From a virus: a stretch of DNA of 64,000 bases. Each line of letters begins with the position of its first letter. Position 1 is the stretch's first letter. Position numbers and translations under genes: made by a program. The notes below the pieces were generated by a model that did no database searches, had not been told where the DNA came from, and saw only the letters and a program-made list of their open reading frames with translations. Positions 17,994 through 27,501 of this stretch are shown here, in pieces. Where the stretch lies: positions 11,900 through 75,899 of the IMG/VR virus record IMGVR_UViG_3300048919_000175; one strand, 5' to 3'.

Positions 17994-20832
17994 GTTTCGG
18001 GTCGATATCCCCAATGTATCGAACCAGCTTAATGTTGATCATTCTAAAATCGCGCGGTACTGTTCCCTTGATGGCGTATAGGGCCTTCAGCGGTCGACCA
18101 CGGTTGATGATCGGCTTAGCGATCGTCTCGTAGTCGAACCGGTTGACTTTGGCATATACGTTATCGCTGTCGTCGGCCAGATGTAAGCCGAGCGAAAGGT
18201 GCGGGCCGGAATACTTGTAGCCGCGCTTCATCACGTTGATGTCTTCGTTCTCATCTTTGGGGTTGATCTTCGCCATGACGACGAATACAAGGACATCATA
18301 CTCTTCTCCTGTAACCTGTACGTCGATGAGGCGCGTGGGCGGAGTGTTTATGTTCCGCTCGCGAGGGTCGGGCATGACCCTCCGGAAGGCGTCTGCAATC
18401 GGAGACAGGCTATCAATTTTTGTTGTCGGATTAGCAAGTAGCTTAGCCGCACGGCTGCTCAAAGGCAAGCCCATTGCGCGTGCGGTCATGATCTCCTGAA
18501 CAATTTTTGGACCAATTCCCTTAACGTTTTGAACGGGTCCTACCAGTAACCGCTCACCATCGATGGTCGCCACGCGCCACTTGTCCGTTGAGTGCTCAGG
18601 GTGGACGGAAATATAGCGGACGCCTTCGTCCAACATTTCACGGAGCGTCGCAAGCTGGCTCTCGACTTTGTCTTTATGCGTAAGCGTAGCAGCCGCGAAT
18701 TCAAGAGGGTAGTGAGCCTTGAGGTACGCGCACTGATACGAGATAATTCCATAAGCGACCGCGTGGGATTTATTGAAGCACCAAGCGCCGAAGGCACAGA
18801 GACTATCCCAAACTGTAAAGGCAACCGCTTCCGGTACGCCCTTTTTCTTACACTCAGCTTTGAAAGGATCGCCAAATCTGTCAAAGTATTCTCGGCCCAA
18901 GCTTTTCGACATGGCCTTGCGCAGATTAGATGTATCCTCCCAAGAAAGGCCACCGACCTCGCGAACAATAGACATGATCTGTTCTTGATAAACAACGACC
19001 CCAAAGGTATCAAGGAGGTAGGGCTCGAAAATCTCGTGCGGGATATCGACTGCCTCCTTTTGGTTCTTTCGCTTGATCCAGTGCGCGGTCGATCCGGATG
19101 AAAGCGGTCCCGGACGCGCGAGCGCGGTGAGACTAACAATGTCGTCAAGGCAGGTGATATTGATTTCCTTGGCCACACGTTGCAGTGCTTGCCCTTCAAA
19201 TTGGAATATGCCCGAATACTTTCTGTCATTGAGAACCTCAAAAGCTTCGGGGTCGTCCAGAGGGATCGTGTCAAGCCATGTATGCGGCTTGTCGATCATT
19301 GCCAAACAATCCTCGAAAATGGAAAGCTGCGTCAGACCGAGCGCGTCGATCTTGAGCAGGTTAAGGTCTTCAGCATCCTTCTTGTTACAGTAGGTGCCGC
19401 CCGTCATGCTATCGACCGCCACGTACTCCTTGATTGGGAGCTCGGTGACGATGACCCCTGCCGCGTGCTGCGACTTGTTGGCCGGGTGGCCTTCCATCCG
19501 GGTTGCAATGTGCATTTCCGGATAGTCCAGCAACAGCCGTTGCCCGGCAGGGGTCAGCTTGAACGTGTCTTCGATGGCGCGCAATGCTCGCGCGTCACCA
19601 GAGGAAGTTTCAATCATACTTTCCAGAACTGGCGTGGTCTTCCATCCCGGAATATTGAGCGAGGCGGCAGCTTCCTTAATAACCGACTTCGGCTTGTACA
19701 GCGAAACCGTGCCAAGGCGAGCGGTACGTTCCTTGCCATAGAGCTGCTCCATATGGGTGAATACCATATGGCGCTTCTGATCCGAGAAGTCGATGTCGAT
19801 ATCCGGCAGGTCGAGGCGGTTGATATCGATAAAGCGTTCGAACAGGAGGTTGTATGGTATGGGATCGACCATCGTGATCCCCAAAAGGTAGCATACCAGA
19901 CTGCCCGACGACGAGCCTCGTCCAGGACCGACCATCATATGTTGCTTGGACCATTGGATCATTTCAGAAACGATATAGAAGTAGTCGCCGAAACCCTTCT
20001 CTTCGATCAGGGTAAGCTCACGGTCAAGGCGCGCGCTATAAATCGGGTCCGTGAGGTTGCACCCAAGGCGAAGGGCACCTTCCTCACAAAGTTCTCGGAG
20101 AGACTTCTCTTTGTGTGGTGAGAGCAGTGTGCCGGTCGGGAGATCAGCTGTGCAGCCTTGGACGACCTTGGCGACGTTAGCCCATGCGCCAGCAATGTCC
20201 GCTTCCGTAGCCTCAGATTTTGCAATGGCCATGCGCCATTGATCTGGGTCAAGAATAAACTGCGCATAGCTCTGCGTTGACTTATTGCGGCCCATAATAG
20301 TTTCGTATAGAAACCGGTCGCCGTCATTGGTGTAGCGGTTTTCGCTGCTGGCAATAAACTGAAAGCCGCGCTCCTTGGCCGCACGGAAATACCCAGGATA
20401 GACGGCTGGCGAGAGCGCAACAAAGACGTGTTCTGCCGGAGCGAGATGTTCGAAGTTAGCACGATGTCCGGCGATAACATATACGCCCTCAGCATTGGCG
20501 ACTTGTTCGTAGGTAAGCAGTGGCGTATAACGAAATTGATTTGTTGCAAGTTCAATGAGGTCGTGGATTGCCGAGACCTTTTCCCGCGCATAGAACGTAA
20601 ATTCGCAAGTTGCGGGGCGCTTATCGTGGATGCCTGTGGTGACATTGATCGTCACTCCATAGATAGGCTTCAACTCCTTCTTCTTGGCCAGCTTGCGCCA
20701 CTGGACGAAGCCAAAGGTTGAGCAAAAGTCTGAGATAGGGGCGGCAGGATAGCCGCACGCCACTAGGCGGTCCATCACTTCTTCAATGTGGCCGACGGAG
20801 TGGTTGTACGAATATCCGGTCATTACCTTCAT
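17836..20832 (-). CDS. dnaE: DNA polymerase III alpha subunit (family C)
   Basis: GPGRGSSSGSLVCY, LLFERF, PDIDIDF, HAAGV, KIDALGL, FNKSHAVAY. Confidence 0.95.
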   Translation of the reverse strand: MKVMTGYSYNHSVGHIEEVMDRLVACGYPAAPISDFCSTFGFVQWRKLAKKKELKPIYGVTINVTTGIHDKRPATCEFTFYAREKVSAIHDLIELATNQFRYTPLLTYEQVANAEGVYVIAGHRANFEHLAPAEHVFVALSPAVYPGYFRAAKERGFQFIASSENRYTNDGDRFLYETIMGRNKSTQSYAQFILDPDQWRMAIAKSEATEADIAGAWANVAKVVQGCTADLPTGTLLSPHKEKSLRELCEEGALRLGCNLTDPIYSARLDRELTLIEEKGFGDYFYIVSEMIQWSKQHMMVGPGRGSSSGSLVCYLLGITMVDPIPYNLLFERFIDINRLDLPDIDIDFSDQKRHMVFTHMEQLYGKERTARLGTVSLYKPKSVIKEAAASLNIPGWKTTPVLESMIETSSGDARALRAIEDTFKLTPAGQRLLLDYPEMHIATRMEGHPANKSQHAAGVIVTELPIKEYVAVDSMTGGTYCNKKDAEDLNLLKIDALGLTQLSIFEDCLAMIDKPHTWLDTIPLDDPEAFEVLNDRKYSGIFQFEGQALQRVAKEINITCLDDIVSLTALARPGPLSSGSTAHWIKRKNQKEAVDIPHEIFEPYLLDTFGVVVYQEQIMSIVREVGGLSWEDTSNLRKAMSKSLGREYFDRFGDPFKAECKKKGVPEAVAFTVWDSLCAFGAWCFNKSHAVAYGIISYQCAYLKAHYPLEFAAATLTHKDKVESQLATLREMLDEGVRYISVHPEHSTDKWRVATIDGERLLVGPVQNVKGIGPKIVQEIMTARAMGLPLSSRAAKLLANPTTKIDSLSPIADAFRRVMPDPRERNINTPPTRLIDVQVTGEEYDVLVFVVMAKINPKDENEDINVMKRGYKYSGPHLSLGLHLADDSDNVYAKVNRFDYETIAKPIINRGRPLKALYAIKGTVPRDFRMINIKLVRYIGDIDPKHEDQASAEANASRANTGGNPNSYGSYSRANLASAGSETTGEPGSTNEVAAGA

Positions 20833-21242
20833 GCTGCTAGCTCCGCTCTGCTGTTCATTATCTCGATTGATTTCTTGAGCGCGTCCATGTAATAGTCCTG
20901 CAGATGTAGCGGGACGTTTTCATATAGCGCATGGACCATGGCCCATTTGCCACGGAGCCGGTCGATGGTGTCTTCGTTCAGCGGAATATAACTGATGTTG
21001 AAGCCAAGGCCCTGCTTGGTGCCGTTGTTCCCTAAACTGACCTGCGCCAGATGCGCAGAGAACAAAGCCGGGTAGCCTAGTGCCTGCATGGCGTGGCCAG
21101 CGCGGCTCACCATTTCACGAAGATGCTCACTGTCGACGATGAAGATATGCTCCTTGGGGCCACCGGCCTCGAACGCCTTGATGCATTCGTTTATCTTGAG
21201 CATATGCTGGTTGGGTCCGCGCTTCCTGCTGGAGTTGATCAT
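20829..21242 (-). CDS. Hypothetical protein
   Basis: Translationally coupled ORF. Confidence 0.55.
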   Translation of the reverse strand: MINSSRKRGPNQHMLKINECIKAFEAGGPKEHIFIVDSEHLREMVSRAGHAMQALGYPALFSAHLAQVSLGNNGTKQGLGFNISYIPLNEDTIDRLRGKWAMVHALYENVPLHLQDYYMDALKKSIEIMNSRAELAA

Positions 21243-21790
21243 AGTATTCCCCTGTTGATTAGCTCTATATAGCATTTGGCGAGAGCTCGTGTGTCTGGCT
21301 CCGCTCTGTGATGGTCGGCAAAGTCAAAGCCGAACAACTCTGTGTGCAATGCCCCAAGGTTTAGTCGGTATCCCTTGAGCCATTCGGTCCCTTCAATGGT
21401 GCAGATTACCTCCGGCCATTCAATGGTCTGGTCGACGCGACGCATGTCGAAGTTGGTCATGTCCACGTCGTAGCCCGCATTGTGCGCCACGACGCGATCA
21501 TGCGCCTCAATTGTCTCTTTGACTTTAGGAGCGAAGTGCCGGAACTCCGGCACGTTCTTGAGCAGGTCTGGCGTAATGCCAGTGATGCGGGTCGTCTCTG
21601 CCGTAATGGCGAATGGCGGTCGGCAGAGAAAGCTCAGCGTCGGGGCTGTCTCAAGGTAGCCCGGCTCATTCATCAGGTCATGGTCAACCGTGATCCCAAA
21701 GAATTCAATGATGTAGGGTTGGTCCTTGAGCGGACGACCAATGTTCTCGATGAGATTGGTCGTTTCCGTATCCCATACGAATGATTTCAT
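21239..21790 (-). CDS. DEDDh 3'-5' exonuclease (epsilon-like)
   Basis: DTETT, VAHNAGYD, HRAEPD. Confidence 0.9.
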   Translation of the reverse strand: MKSFVWDTETTNLIENIGRPLKDQPYIIEFFGITVDHDLMNEPGYLETAPTLSFLCRPPFAITAETTRITGITPDLLKNVPEFRHFAPKVKETIEAHDRVVAHNAGYDVDMTNFDMRRVDQTIEWPEVICTIEGTEWLKGYRLNLGALHTELFGFDFADHHRAEPDTRALAKCYIELINRGIL

Positions 21791-22293
21791 TACAGCACCG
21801 TCGGCGGTACGACCTTGCCTTCGGGCGCTTCCGGCAACAACTCGGGCGGCGGCGGAGGCTCTTCTGCGGTCAGCGCCAGCTCACTATCGTCAAAGACTAA
21901 CGGCTTGCCCGGCACGATCGGATTTACCGGGAACGTGTAGGTGCTGGCCTCAGGTTCCTTGGGGAACATGTCTGCCGTAGCTTCGTCCAAGGCTGCACGC
22001 TCTTCGCTGTCCAGTTCCTGGAGCATCTGCGTGTACACGGTCATATCGTCGAGGCTGTCCGGATGCCCGCCCTTTGCGAAATTCTCGCAATAGCGCGTCA
22101 GCTTGGCGACCACTTGGGTCAGGATGCCGAACCGATTATGGTCGGCACGGTCTTGCAGTTCGACGCCAGCCGGAAACAGGGCGTTCATGACTTCACCATG
22201 GCGCTTGTAATTGTCGCCATAGAGCTTGTTGCGTTCTTCATAGATACCGGCTGCATCGCGCAGGGCTTGCGGTACTGATTTAATCTCGGTCAT
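21790..22293 (-). CDS. Nucleotide-modification-associated (Nmad1/DUF6378-like) protein
   Basis: ERNKLYGD...KLTRY...DSLDDMTVY pattern. Confidence 0.6.
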   Translation of the reverse strand: MTEIKSVPQALRDAAGIYEERNKLYGDNYKRHGEVMNALFPAGVELQDRADHNRFGILTQVVAKLTRYCENFAKGGHPDSLDDMTVYTQMLQELDSEERAALDEATADMFPKEPEASTYTFPVNPIVPGKPLVFDDSELALTAEEPPPPPELLPEAPEGKVVPPTVL

Positions 22294-22733
22294 CCCAGAA
22301 CTCCATTGCGGACCTGCCAGCATTCAACGCCAGCGTTGCGATAAGCCTCGACCACATCGTCCTTGTGGTCAAGTGCGAGGTAGTGACCGTCGCCATAATT
22401 GCGACGTATCTCTTCAAGATACTGCATCTTCAGTATCGGCTCCTTCGTCTTGGGGATATCGTACTTGTCACGATACATCACCCAATCTGGGTAAATCCCA
22501 TACTTGCCGAGCCAAGCATTCGTCTGGAATTCCCACTGCTGGTAGCGCACAGTTACGATGACGAAGCGATATTCTTCGTGCATCAATAGCCGGACTGCCG
22601 AAACCGTATTCTGGAACGGGAGGTCGTCTACACACGCGGCCTCGTATTCGTCCCAAAGCCCGGCCTTGAACAAATGCTGGCGGTGGGAATTGTCCGCCAG
22701 CACGCCTTCGAGACTTGCGATGACTACCAACAT
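22290..22733 (-). CDS. PNKP-type HAD phosphatase-like protein, degenerate active site
   Basis: SLEGVLADNSHR.H, TVR, T.AWL, MYR, VVEAYR.AG..CWQV. Confidence 0.7.
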   Translation of the reverse strand: MLVVIASLEGVLADNSHRQHLFKAGLWDEYEAACVDDLPFQNTVSAVRLLMHEEYRFVIVTVRYQQWEFQTNAWLGKYGIYPDWVMYRDKYDIPKTKEPILKMQYLEEIRRNYGDGHYLALDHKDDVVEAYRNAGVECWQVRNGVLG

Positions 22734-23293
22734 TATTCGGTAGCCTCAGCTTTGGCGCTCACACCGATAATATAACGCAGCCAAGCGGCCCATCCTAGAA
22801 CACTGACGCTAGGGTCCCGCTGCGCTGCACGGAAAGCATCCATGCATTTCGAAAATCCGAACTGCATATCGGCAATTGTCTGGAAGTGCATATCGGTCGC
22901 TTCCGACAACATGACGTTCGAGCCATGACCAAAGCCGCTGAACGTAATGATAGGGCCGGTCCAGTCGTCATGGTCCTCGCGAGCGCGGCGCTGGTGAACC
23001 ATGAAGCCAAGCTCGAATGCCGTGCCAGTGTCGCGGTCATCGATGCAAGCGATGATCCCGAAGCTTTCTTCCATAGCGTCGACGTTGCGGGTGTAAATCT
23101 CGCTGGTATGGCGAGCGCGCATCTCGGGAGCCATGTCGACAAGCACAGGGCTCAGGTCGCGCGGGTCGCACACGGCAAACCCGCTCGTTTCCAGAAAGCT
23201 CTTGGCGGTGTCCATAGTGCGCTTTTGCTGGTCGTTGAAGAACGGACCGGCGAGGTAGAAATCGTACTTGTAACCTTCGCAGATGAGGGCCAT
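22733..23293 (-). CDS. Nucleoside 2-deoxyribosyltransferase / DNPH1-like N-glycosidase
   Basis: FYLAGPFF, DTGTAFELGF, NVML. Confidence 0.85.
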   Translation of the reverse strand: MALICEGYKYDFYLAGPFFNDQQKRTMDTAKSFLETSGFAVCDPRDLSPVLVDMAPEMRARHTSEIYTRNVDAMEESFGIIACIDDRDTGTAFELGFMVHQRRAREDHDDWTGPIITFSGFGHGSNVMLSEATDMHFQTIADMQFGFSKCMDAFRAAQRDPSVSVLGWAAWLRYIIGVSAKAEATE

Positions 23294-23295
23294 GA

Positions 23296-24423
23296 TTATG
23301 CTCCTTGGTCCGGGGTGTATTGCAGATAAGCCTGTTGCCAGAAATGATTGGTGATCGGCCTGTGCTGCATATACCTGAGGATTTCAACGCGCTGCTCGGC
23401 CGATGGCTCAATGCCCTCTTGGCTGAGCCAGATCGGGCACGGCGGAGCCGGGTCCTTGCCTTCCTGACGCAACATGTTGTCGCGCCCTACCGGGCAGCTG
23501 ATGCAGGTGTCGCACGGTAGCGGCACGCCGACCTGTTCGTATTCCGTTTCGAACAGGGTGTTCAGCCGCTGGATGATCGGCGACCAGAGGTCCTCCTGCG
23601 CGATCCAGCAATTGCGCTTGCGCACCATGCTGAACGCAACCTCGCGGGTCATCATGAGTTGCATGTCGACCAAGGAGTTGATTGGCTTGCACATGTCATA
23701 ATAGTTGAGATAGCGGTGTAGCGTGTCGAACATCAGCACCGGCCGATGGCGCGTGACCTGCGCTCGCAACGCAATCGGAACTTGGGGCACGTCAACGATT
23801 ACGAAATGGCCTGAGAAGCCTCCGTTGCTCGCGTGCGTGTATTTCGGCAGGAGTTCCATTGCGCCGTAGTGATCAATCTTCAGCTTGCCGTATGGCGTAT
23901 AATCGATCGCTCGTTTCAACTCCCGGCTCATTTCCCAGAACGGGCTGCTCTCCAGCTGTGACATGCTCGACGCCAGACGATCCAATGCGGCACAGAACCG
24001 CATCAGGGTCCTTGCCGACAACTTGATCGTGAAGCCGGTAATGTAGCAGAGCGGCAAAAGCAGTCGGAAATGATCCTGCAATCCAGATAACCGGGCCTCC
24101 AGCATCTGCGCATGGGCCTTGATCACAAGTTGTTCGTCCTGCCAGAGCGGGTGCACCGGCCAATCGTTCAGGTTGTCCACCCGACTTGTCCTCGCCCATG
24201 CCACATGGTCCCTGATCGTGAAAAACATTTCCCGAATGATGATCGGGCAGCGGATTTCGAGAATGAAATCCTCGAGCTCGTTGACTGGCACATCGACCTT
24301 CAGCACGTCCATCAGGTCAATAATGTCTTCGTTGGGGCGCGAGTGGCCCCAAGCTTTCGCCGTAATGACGCCATCCGGTGACCGAATGACCTTCACACTG
24401 ATTGGTTCTCCGTAAACTGCCAT
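23296..24423 (-). CDS. Divergent ThyX-like flavin-dependent thymidylate synthase (tandem domains)
   Basis: IIIRE...RDHVAWARTSR, FRLLLPL, second RAQVTRHR, RKRNCW.AQ. Confidence 0.6.
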   Translation of the reverse strand: MAVYGEPISVKVIRSPDGVITAKAWGHSRPNEDIIDLMDVLKVDVPVNELEDFILEIRCPIIIREMFFTIRDHVAWARTSRVDNLNDWPVHPLWQDEQLVIKAHAQMLEARLSGLQDHFRLLLPLCYITGFTIKLSARTLMRFCAALDRLASSMSQLESSPFWEMSRELKRAIDYTPYGKLKIDHYGAMELLPKYTHASNGGFSGHFVIVDVPQVPIALRAQVTRHRPVLMFDTLHRYLNYYDMCKPINSLVDMQLMMTREVAFSMVRKRNCWIAQEDLWSPIIQRLNTLFETEYEQVGVPLPCDTCISCPVGRDNMLRQEGKDPAPPCPIWLSQEGIEPSAEQRVEILRYMQHRPITNHFWQQAYLQYTPDQGA

Positions 24424-24428
24424 TGTTC

Positions 24429-25076
24429 TTATAGTCCCCTGAAAAATGCGCCGAATGTAATATCGCCGCGCCGGGACTGGAGCAGGATATCATGCAGCTC
24501 TGTGACGACCGGATGCAGACAAGTTCCCTTGAGTGCCCAATCGAGTTTGGTTATTTCGCCCATGATCTCTTCAGAGACGCGGATGAAAGACTTGTTGCCG
24601 TACATAGCAACCTCGGTCATCGTTTTGTAGACAACCGCCGCCATGTCTGCCACCTTTAGGATGAGACCCTCAAGGCTATCGTCCTTGGCATTCTCCCAGT
24701 CATACATGATGCTGATGTCTAGGAGTTCTTCGATTTTGCTGATGGCGAGCCGGCCATAGGCGTCAATGCCTTCCTTGACTTCCGGGCTGCAATACTTGGT
24801 CTTGCGAGAAACATCGCCCGTGATCGTTTCCTCAAGGTCATGCAACGTGGCGCGGATGATCAGCCTGCCGACGTCGATCCCAACGCCCTGCTCCAGCAAC
24901 CGGGCCGAGATGATCAGGCAAAACAGCGCGGAGAAGCCAATATGCTCCAACACGCTTTCTTCCTTGACCATGAAGTCGCGGGAGTAGCGCCGCACATTGC
25001 TGAGCTGCGCTATAATCTCCAACGTGTTTTGGACCGCCCTGTCGGGCAGCTTGTGCCGTTCGAGGATGTTCTGCAT
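24429..25076 (-). CDS. HD-domain 5'-deoxynucleotidase (YfbR/DatZ-like)
   Basis: VRRY, ESVLEH, LHDLEE.ITGD, KVAD. Confidence 0.85.
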   Translation of the reverse strand: MQNILERHKLPDRAVQNTLEIIAQLSNVRRYSRDFMVKEESVLEHIGFSALFCLIISARLLEQGVGIDVGRLIIRATLHDLEETITGDVSRKTKYCSPEVKEGIDAYGRLAISKIEELLDISIMYDWENAKDDSLEGLILKVADMAAVVYKTMTEVAMYGNKSFIRVSEEIMGEITKLDWALKGTCLHPVVTELHDILLQSRRGDITFGAFFRGL

Positions 25077-25762
25077 TATAGGTCCTCGATCTTGACGGCT
25101 TTCAGCTTCTTGCCATCTTCCCCAAAGAATTCGAACTTGGCAATGTCGCCGGTAGCGAGGCCAAGCTTGGCGAAGTCGGTCTCCTTGCCCTTCTTCAGGC
25201 GCTCGCGGCCAAAGGCTTGCAAGGACTGCGCATGCACGGTCTCCTTGAGAATAGGCTCAAGGTCCTCCGGCTCATAGGTGCCGCCAGCGGCTTCTACGTC
25301 GGCTCGCATTTCCTTCTGGATTTGCTTGATGGTATCGACCATGACGCCCATGACCGCCTGCGCGACGTTATGCATGGTCTTGGGGAAGTCGCACTCGACC
25401 GTGGCCTTGATCAGGTTGCCGCCGTCGATTTCCTGCAGGTACTGGATTGCCTGCTCTTTGTCAAATTCGTCCTTCGGCAATGAGCCGGAGACGTACTGAT
25501 CGAGCTTAACCTTGATGCGACCATCAACGGTTTCGTATTTGCCGGTCTCGGAAGCCTTCATGATTTCCGGGAGTTCGTACTGCTTGATCCGATTAAAGCG
25601 GCCGATGCGAACCTTGAGCAGCTCGACCACTTCTCGAATTTCTTCCTGCAAGCCGCCAGCCTCTTTGACCAGCTCCTTGAGACGATCGAGCTTGTCGGAG
25701 GAGGCTTTTGCGGCCTCCTCCTGCTCGACCTTGGCAGCAATTGCTTCCATAAGGTCTGACAT
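25076..25762 (-). CDS. Hypothetical replication-region protein
   Basis: Coiled coil, LPEIM, VHAQSLQAF motif. Confidence 0.6.
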   Translation of the reverse strand: MSDLMEAIAAKVEQEEAAKASSDKLDRLKELVKEAGGLQEEIREVVELLKVRIGRFNRIKQYELPEIMKASETGKYETVDGRIKVKLDQYVSGSLPKDEFDKEQAIQYLQEIDGGNLIKATVECDFPKTMHNVAQAVMGVMVDTIKQIQKEMRADVEAAGGTYEPEDLEPILKETVHAQSLQAFGRERLKKGKETDFAKLGLATGDIAKFEFFGEDGKKLKAVKIEDL

Positions 25763-25767
25763 GGTCG

Positions 25768-26601
25768 TTACATCTCCTGTCCGGTGTCGGCTTCGCCGCG
25801 TTTGGAACGACCGCCGCCACCGGTCTGCTCTTCTTCGAGCGTGGAAGTATCGACCTTGGCCTTGCCCTGCTCGACCAGCTCGCGGAGCGACATGGCCTTT
25901 TCGAACAGCCGTTTGGCTGCTGCCGGGTTCTTTTCCTCATATTCGGGAATAGAGAGGCCGCGTTCGATGGTCCAGCCGATCCAGTTGCCCTTGGCATTGC
26001 TTTCCGGGACCGAGCCGAGTTTATAGGCACGATACCAAAGCGGAGCCTGGAAGAACGAGCCGTCCGGACGCGCGATTTCCTCGGAGGTCGCGAGGGTCAG
26101 CATGTGCTTGCCCTTCTTGATCTGCGTGGAGGCGAACGAAATGAACGTCGGGCGCAACTGCGCTTCGAGGTTCAGGCCGATGAACTGCTTCGTTTCCACG
26201 ATGTAGTTCCCGTTCGGCAGGGCGTCACGACCAGTGGCGTCTTGCTCGGTCTGCTCCATAATGTCATCGGTTTCGAAGACGTTCTGGAGACCCTTGCCGC
26301 TGTCACGCGGTGCCCATTCCAGCCACAAGTTCTGAAAGAACACGGGCAGGAAGCGGATGCCTTCCTTGAAAACTTCGCCAACGCCGGTATCGAAAATCTG
26401 GCCGGGGCGAAAAGCCTCGTTGAATTTCGCATGGCCCATTGTGCATTGGGGCGAGTTAGACTGAAGGATCGTAAGGCGCGGGATAAGGAGGTCGGAACTC
26501 TTGACATCCTCAAGACCTGTCTTCCCTGTGTCGAACATAGACGCAGAGAACATCGTCGAAGGAACCTGAGGCTCCTCAGTTTTTGCTACAGCTTTTGACA
26601 T
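25768..26601 (-). CDS. Putative ssDNA-binding protein
   Basis: DLLIPRLTILQSNSPQ; acidic C-terminal tail; first gene of the replication operon. Confidence 0.5.
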   Translation of the reverse strand: MSKAVAKTEEPQVPSTMFSASMFDTGKTGLEDVKSSDLLIPRLTILQSNSPQCTMGHAKFNEAFRPGQIFDTGVGEVFKEGIRFLPVFFQNLWLEWAPRDSGKGLQNVFETDDIMEQTEQDATGRDALPNGNYIVETKQFIGLNLEAQLRPTFISFASTQIKKGKHMLTLATSEEIARPDGSFFQAPLWYRAYKLGSVPESNAKGNWIGWTIERGLSIPEYEEKNPAAAKRLFEKAMSLRELVEQGKAKVDTSTLEEEQTGGGGRSKRGEADTGQEM

Positions 26602-26746
26602 TGTTTACCTGTTGTGAGAGCGCTTGAGAACGGCCTTTCCGTTCACATTTTGGCTCATTTACCATGTTTACCGTAACGGGCACGCGGCGCAACTTTAAAA
26701 AGTTTTATTTTTTTAAGACATTGTTTTTGTTAGGAAATTTTGTGTA

Positions 26747-26765
26747 TAAACTACCTTGCATTTTA
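26747..26765 (+). promoter_or_regulatory. 19-bp quasi-palindromic operator/promoter element (copy 1 of 5)
   Basis: TAAACTACCTTGCATTTTA; contains -35-like TTGCAT. Confidence 0.6.
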
Positions 26766-26809
26766 TTTTGCCACATGCCACTTTAAGCCACGGCAAGGGA
26801 GTTAATTGC

Positions 26810-27109
26810 ATGGCGGCGGTCACTAACAAACTAAAGTTGCAGCTATTTGAGCGGACCTACAGACAGGTCTGGGAAAACATACTAGAGACGCATCCGCAAT
26901 ACGAGCTTAATCAACGAGCAGCTCTGGACGAGGGTCTCATTCGTCGGTTTATGGCGCATATCGAGTTATACGGCGTCCGGGAAATCCCGACAGACCAACA
27001 AGGCTTCGCGCGGCTCACGTACATATTCATGGCGGCTGTGCTTGATATCCCCAACACGACCTTCGGTTGGGACAATTGGTTCAAAGGGAAAACGGGCACA
27101 CTGCTATGA
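26810..27109 (+). CDS. Hypothetical protein
   Basis: GGAG RBS; first gene of the rightward arm. Confidence 0.55.
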   Translation: MAAVTNKLKLQLFERTYRQVWENILETHPQYELNQRAALDEGLIRRFMAHIELYGVREIPTDQQGFARLTYIFMAAVLDIPNTTFGWDNWFKGKTGTLL

Positions 27110-27384
27110 GCATAGAGTTCATTACGCCAGACGGCGAGCGCATATACGAAATACTGAAGGAGAAGGGGCACTCGCCCGCGCTGACGGACGAATATGAAAA
27201 TGAAGACGGCTCCTTGACCTTTGACATGTTCTACCTATCTGTAGACTTGCATAACGGGCCGGGTTGCTCCGTATGTCACTTCTCTTTCTGTCATCATTGC
27301 TGGAGCGGCAACGCCGACGACATTCCAGAGTGCGACAGCCCCATTATTTGCGTGGAGGTAACTCGTGCTATTAGCTCTTCTTGA
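27106..27384 (+). CDS. Hypothetical Cys/His-rich (Zn-binding?) protein
   Basis: CSVC...CHHC. Confidence 0.5.
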   Translation: MSIEFITPDGERIYEILKEKGHSPALTDEYENEDGSLTFDMFYLSVDLHNGPGCSVCHFSFCHHCWSGNADDIPECDSPIICVEVTRAISSS

Positions 27385-27501
27385 ATTCTTCTTCCAGGAC
27401 ATTCCCCACTGGCTAGGCGGCTTGATCTACATATGGTCATTCGCGCTTTGCTTCGGCATGGCGTTAGGGCTCATTGCTGAGATATTCACGAGGAAGAAGT
27501 A

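Noticed and set aside
277-20645. Long antisense ORFs (e.g. 277..996, 9456..10655, 14627..15343, 19180..20121)
   Set aside because: Shadows of GC3-biased genes on the opposite strand, with no recognisable motifs.
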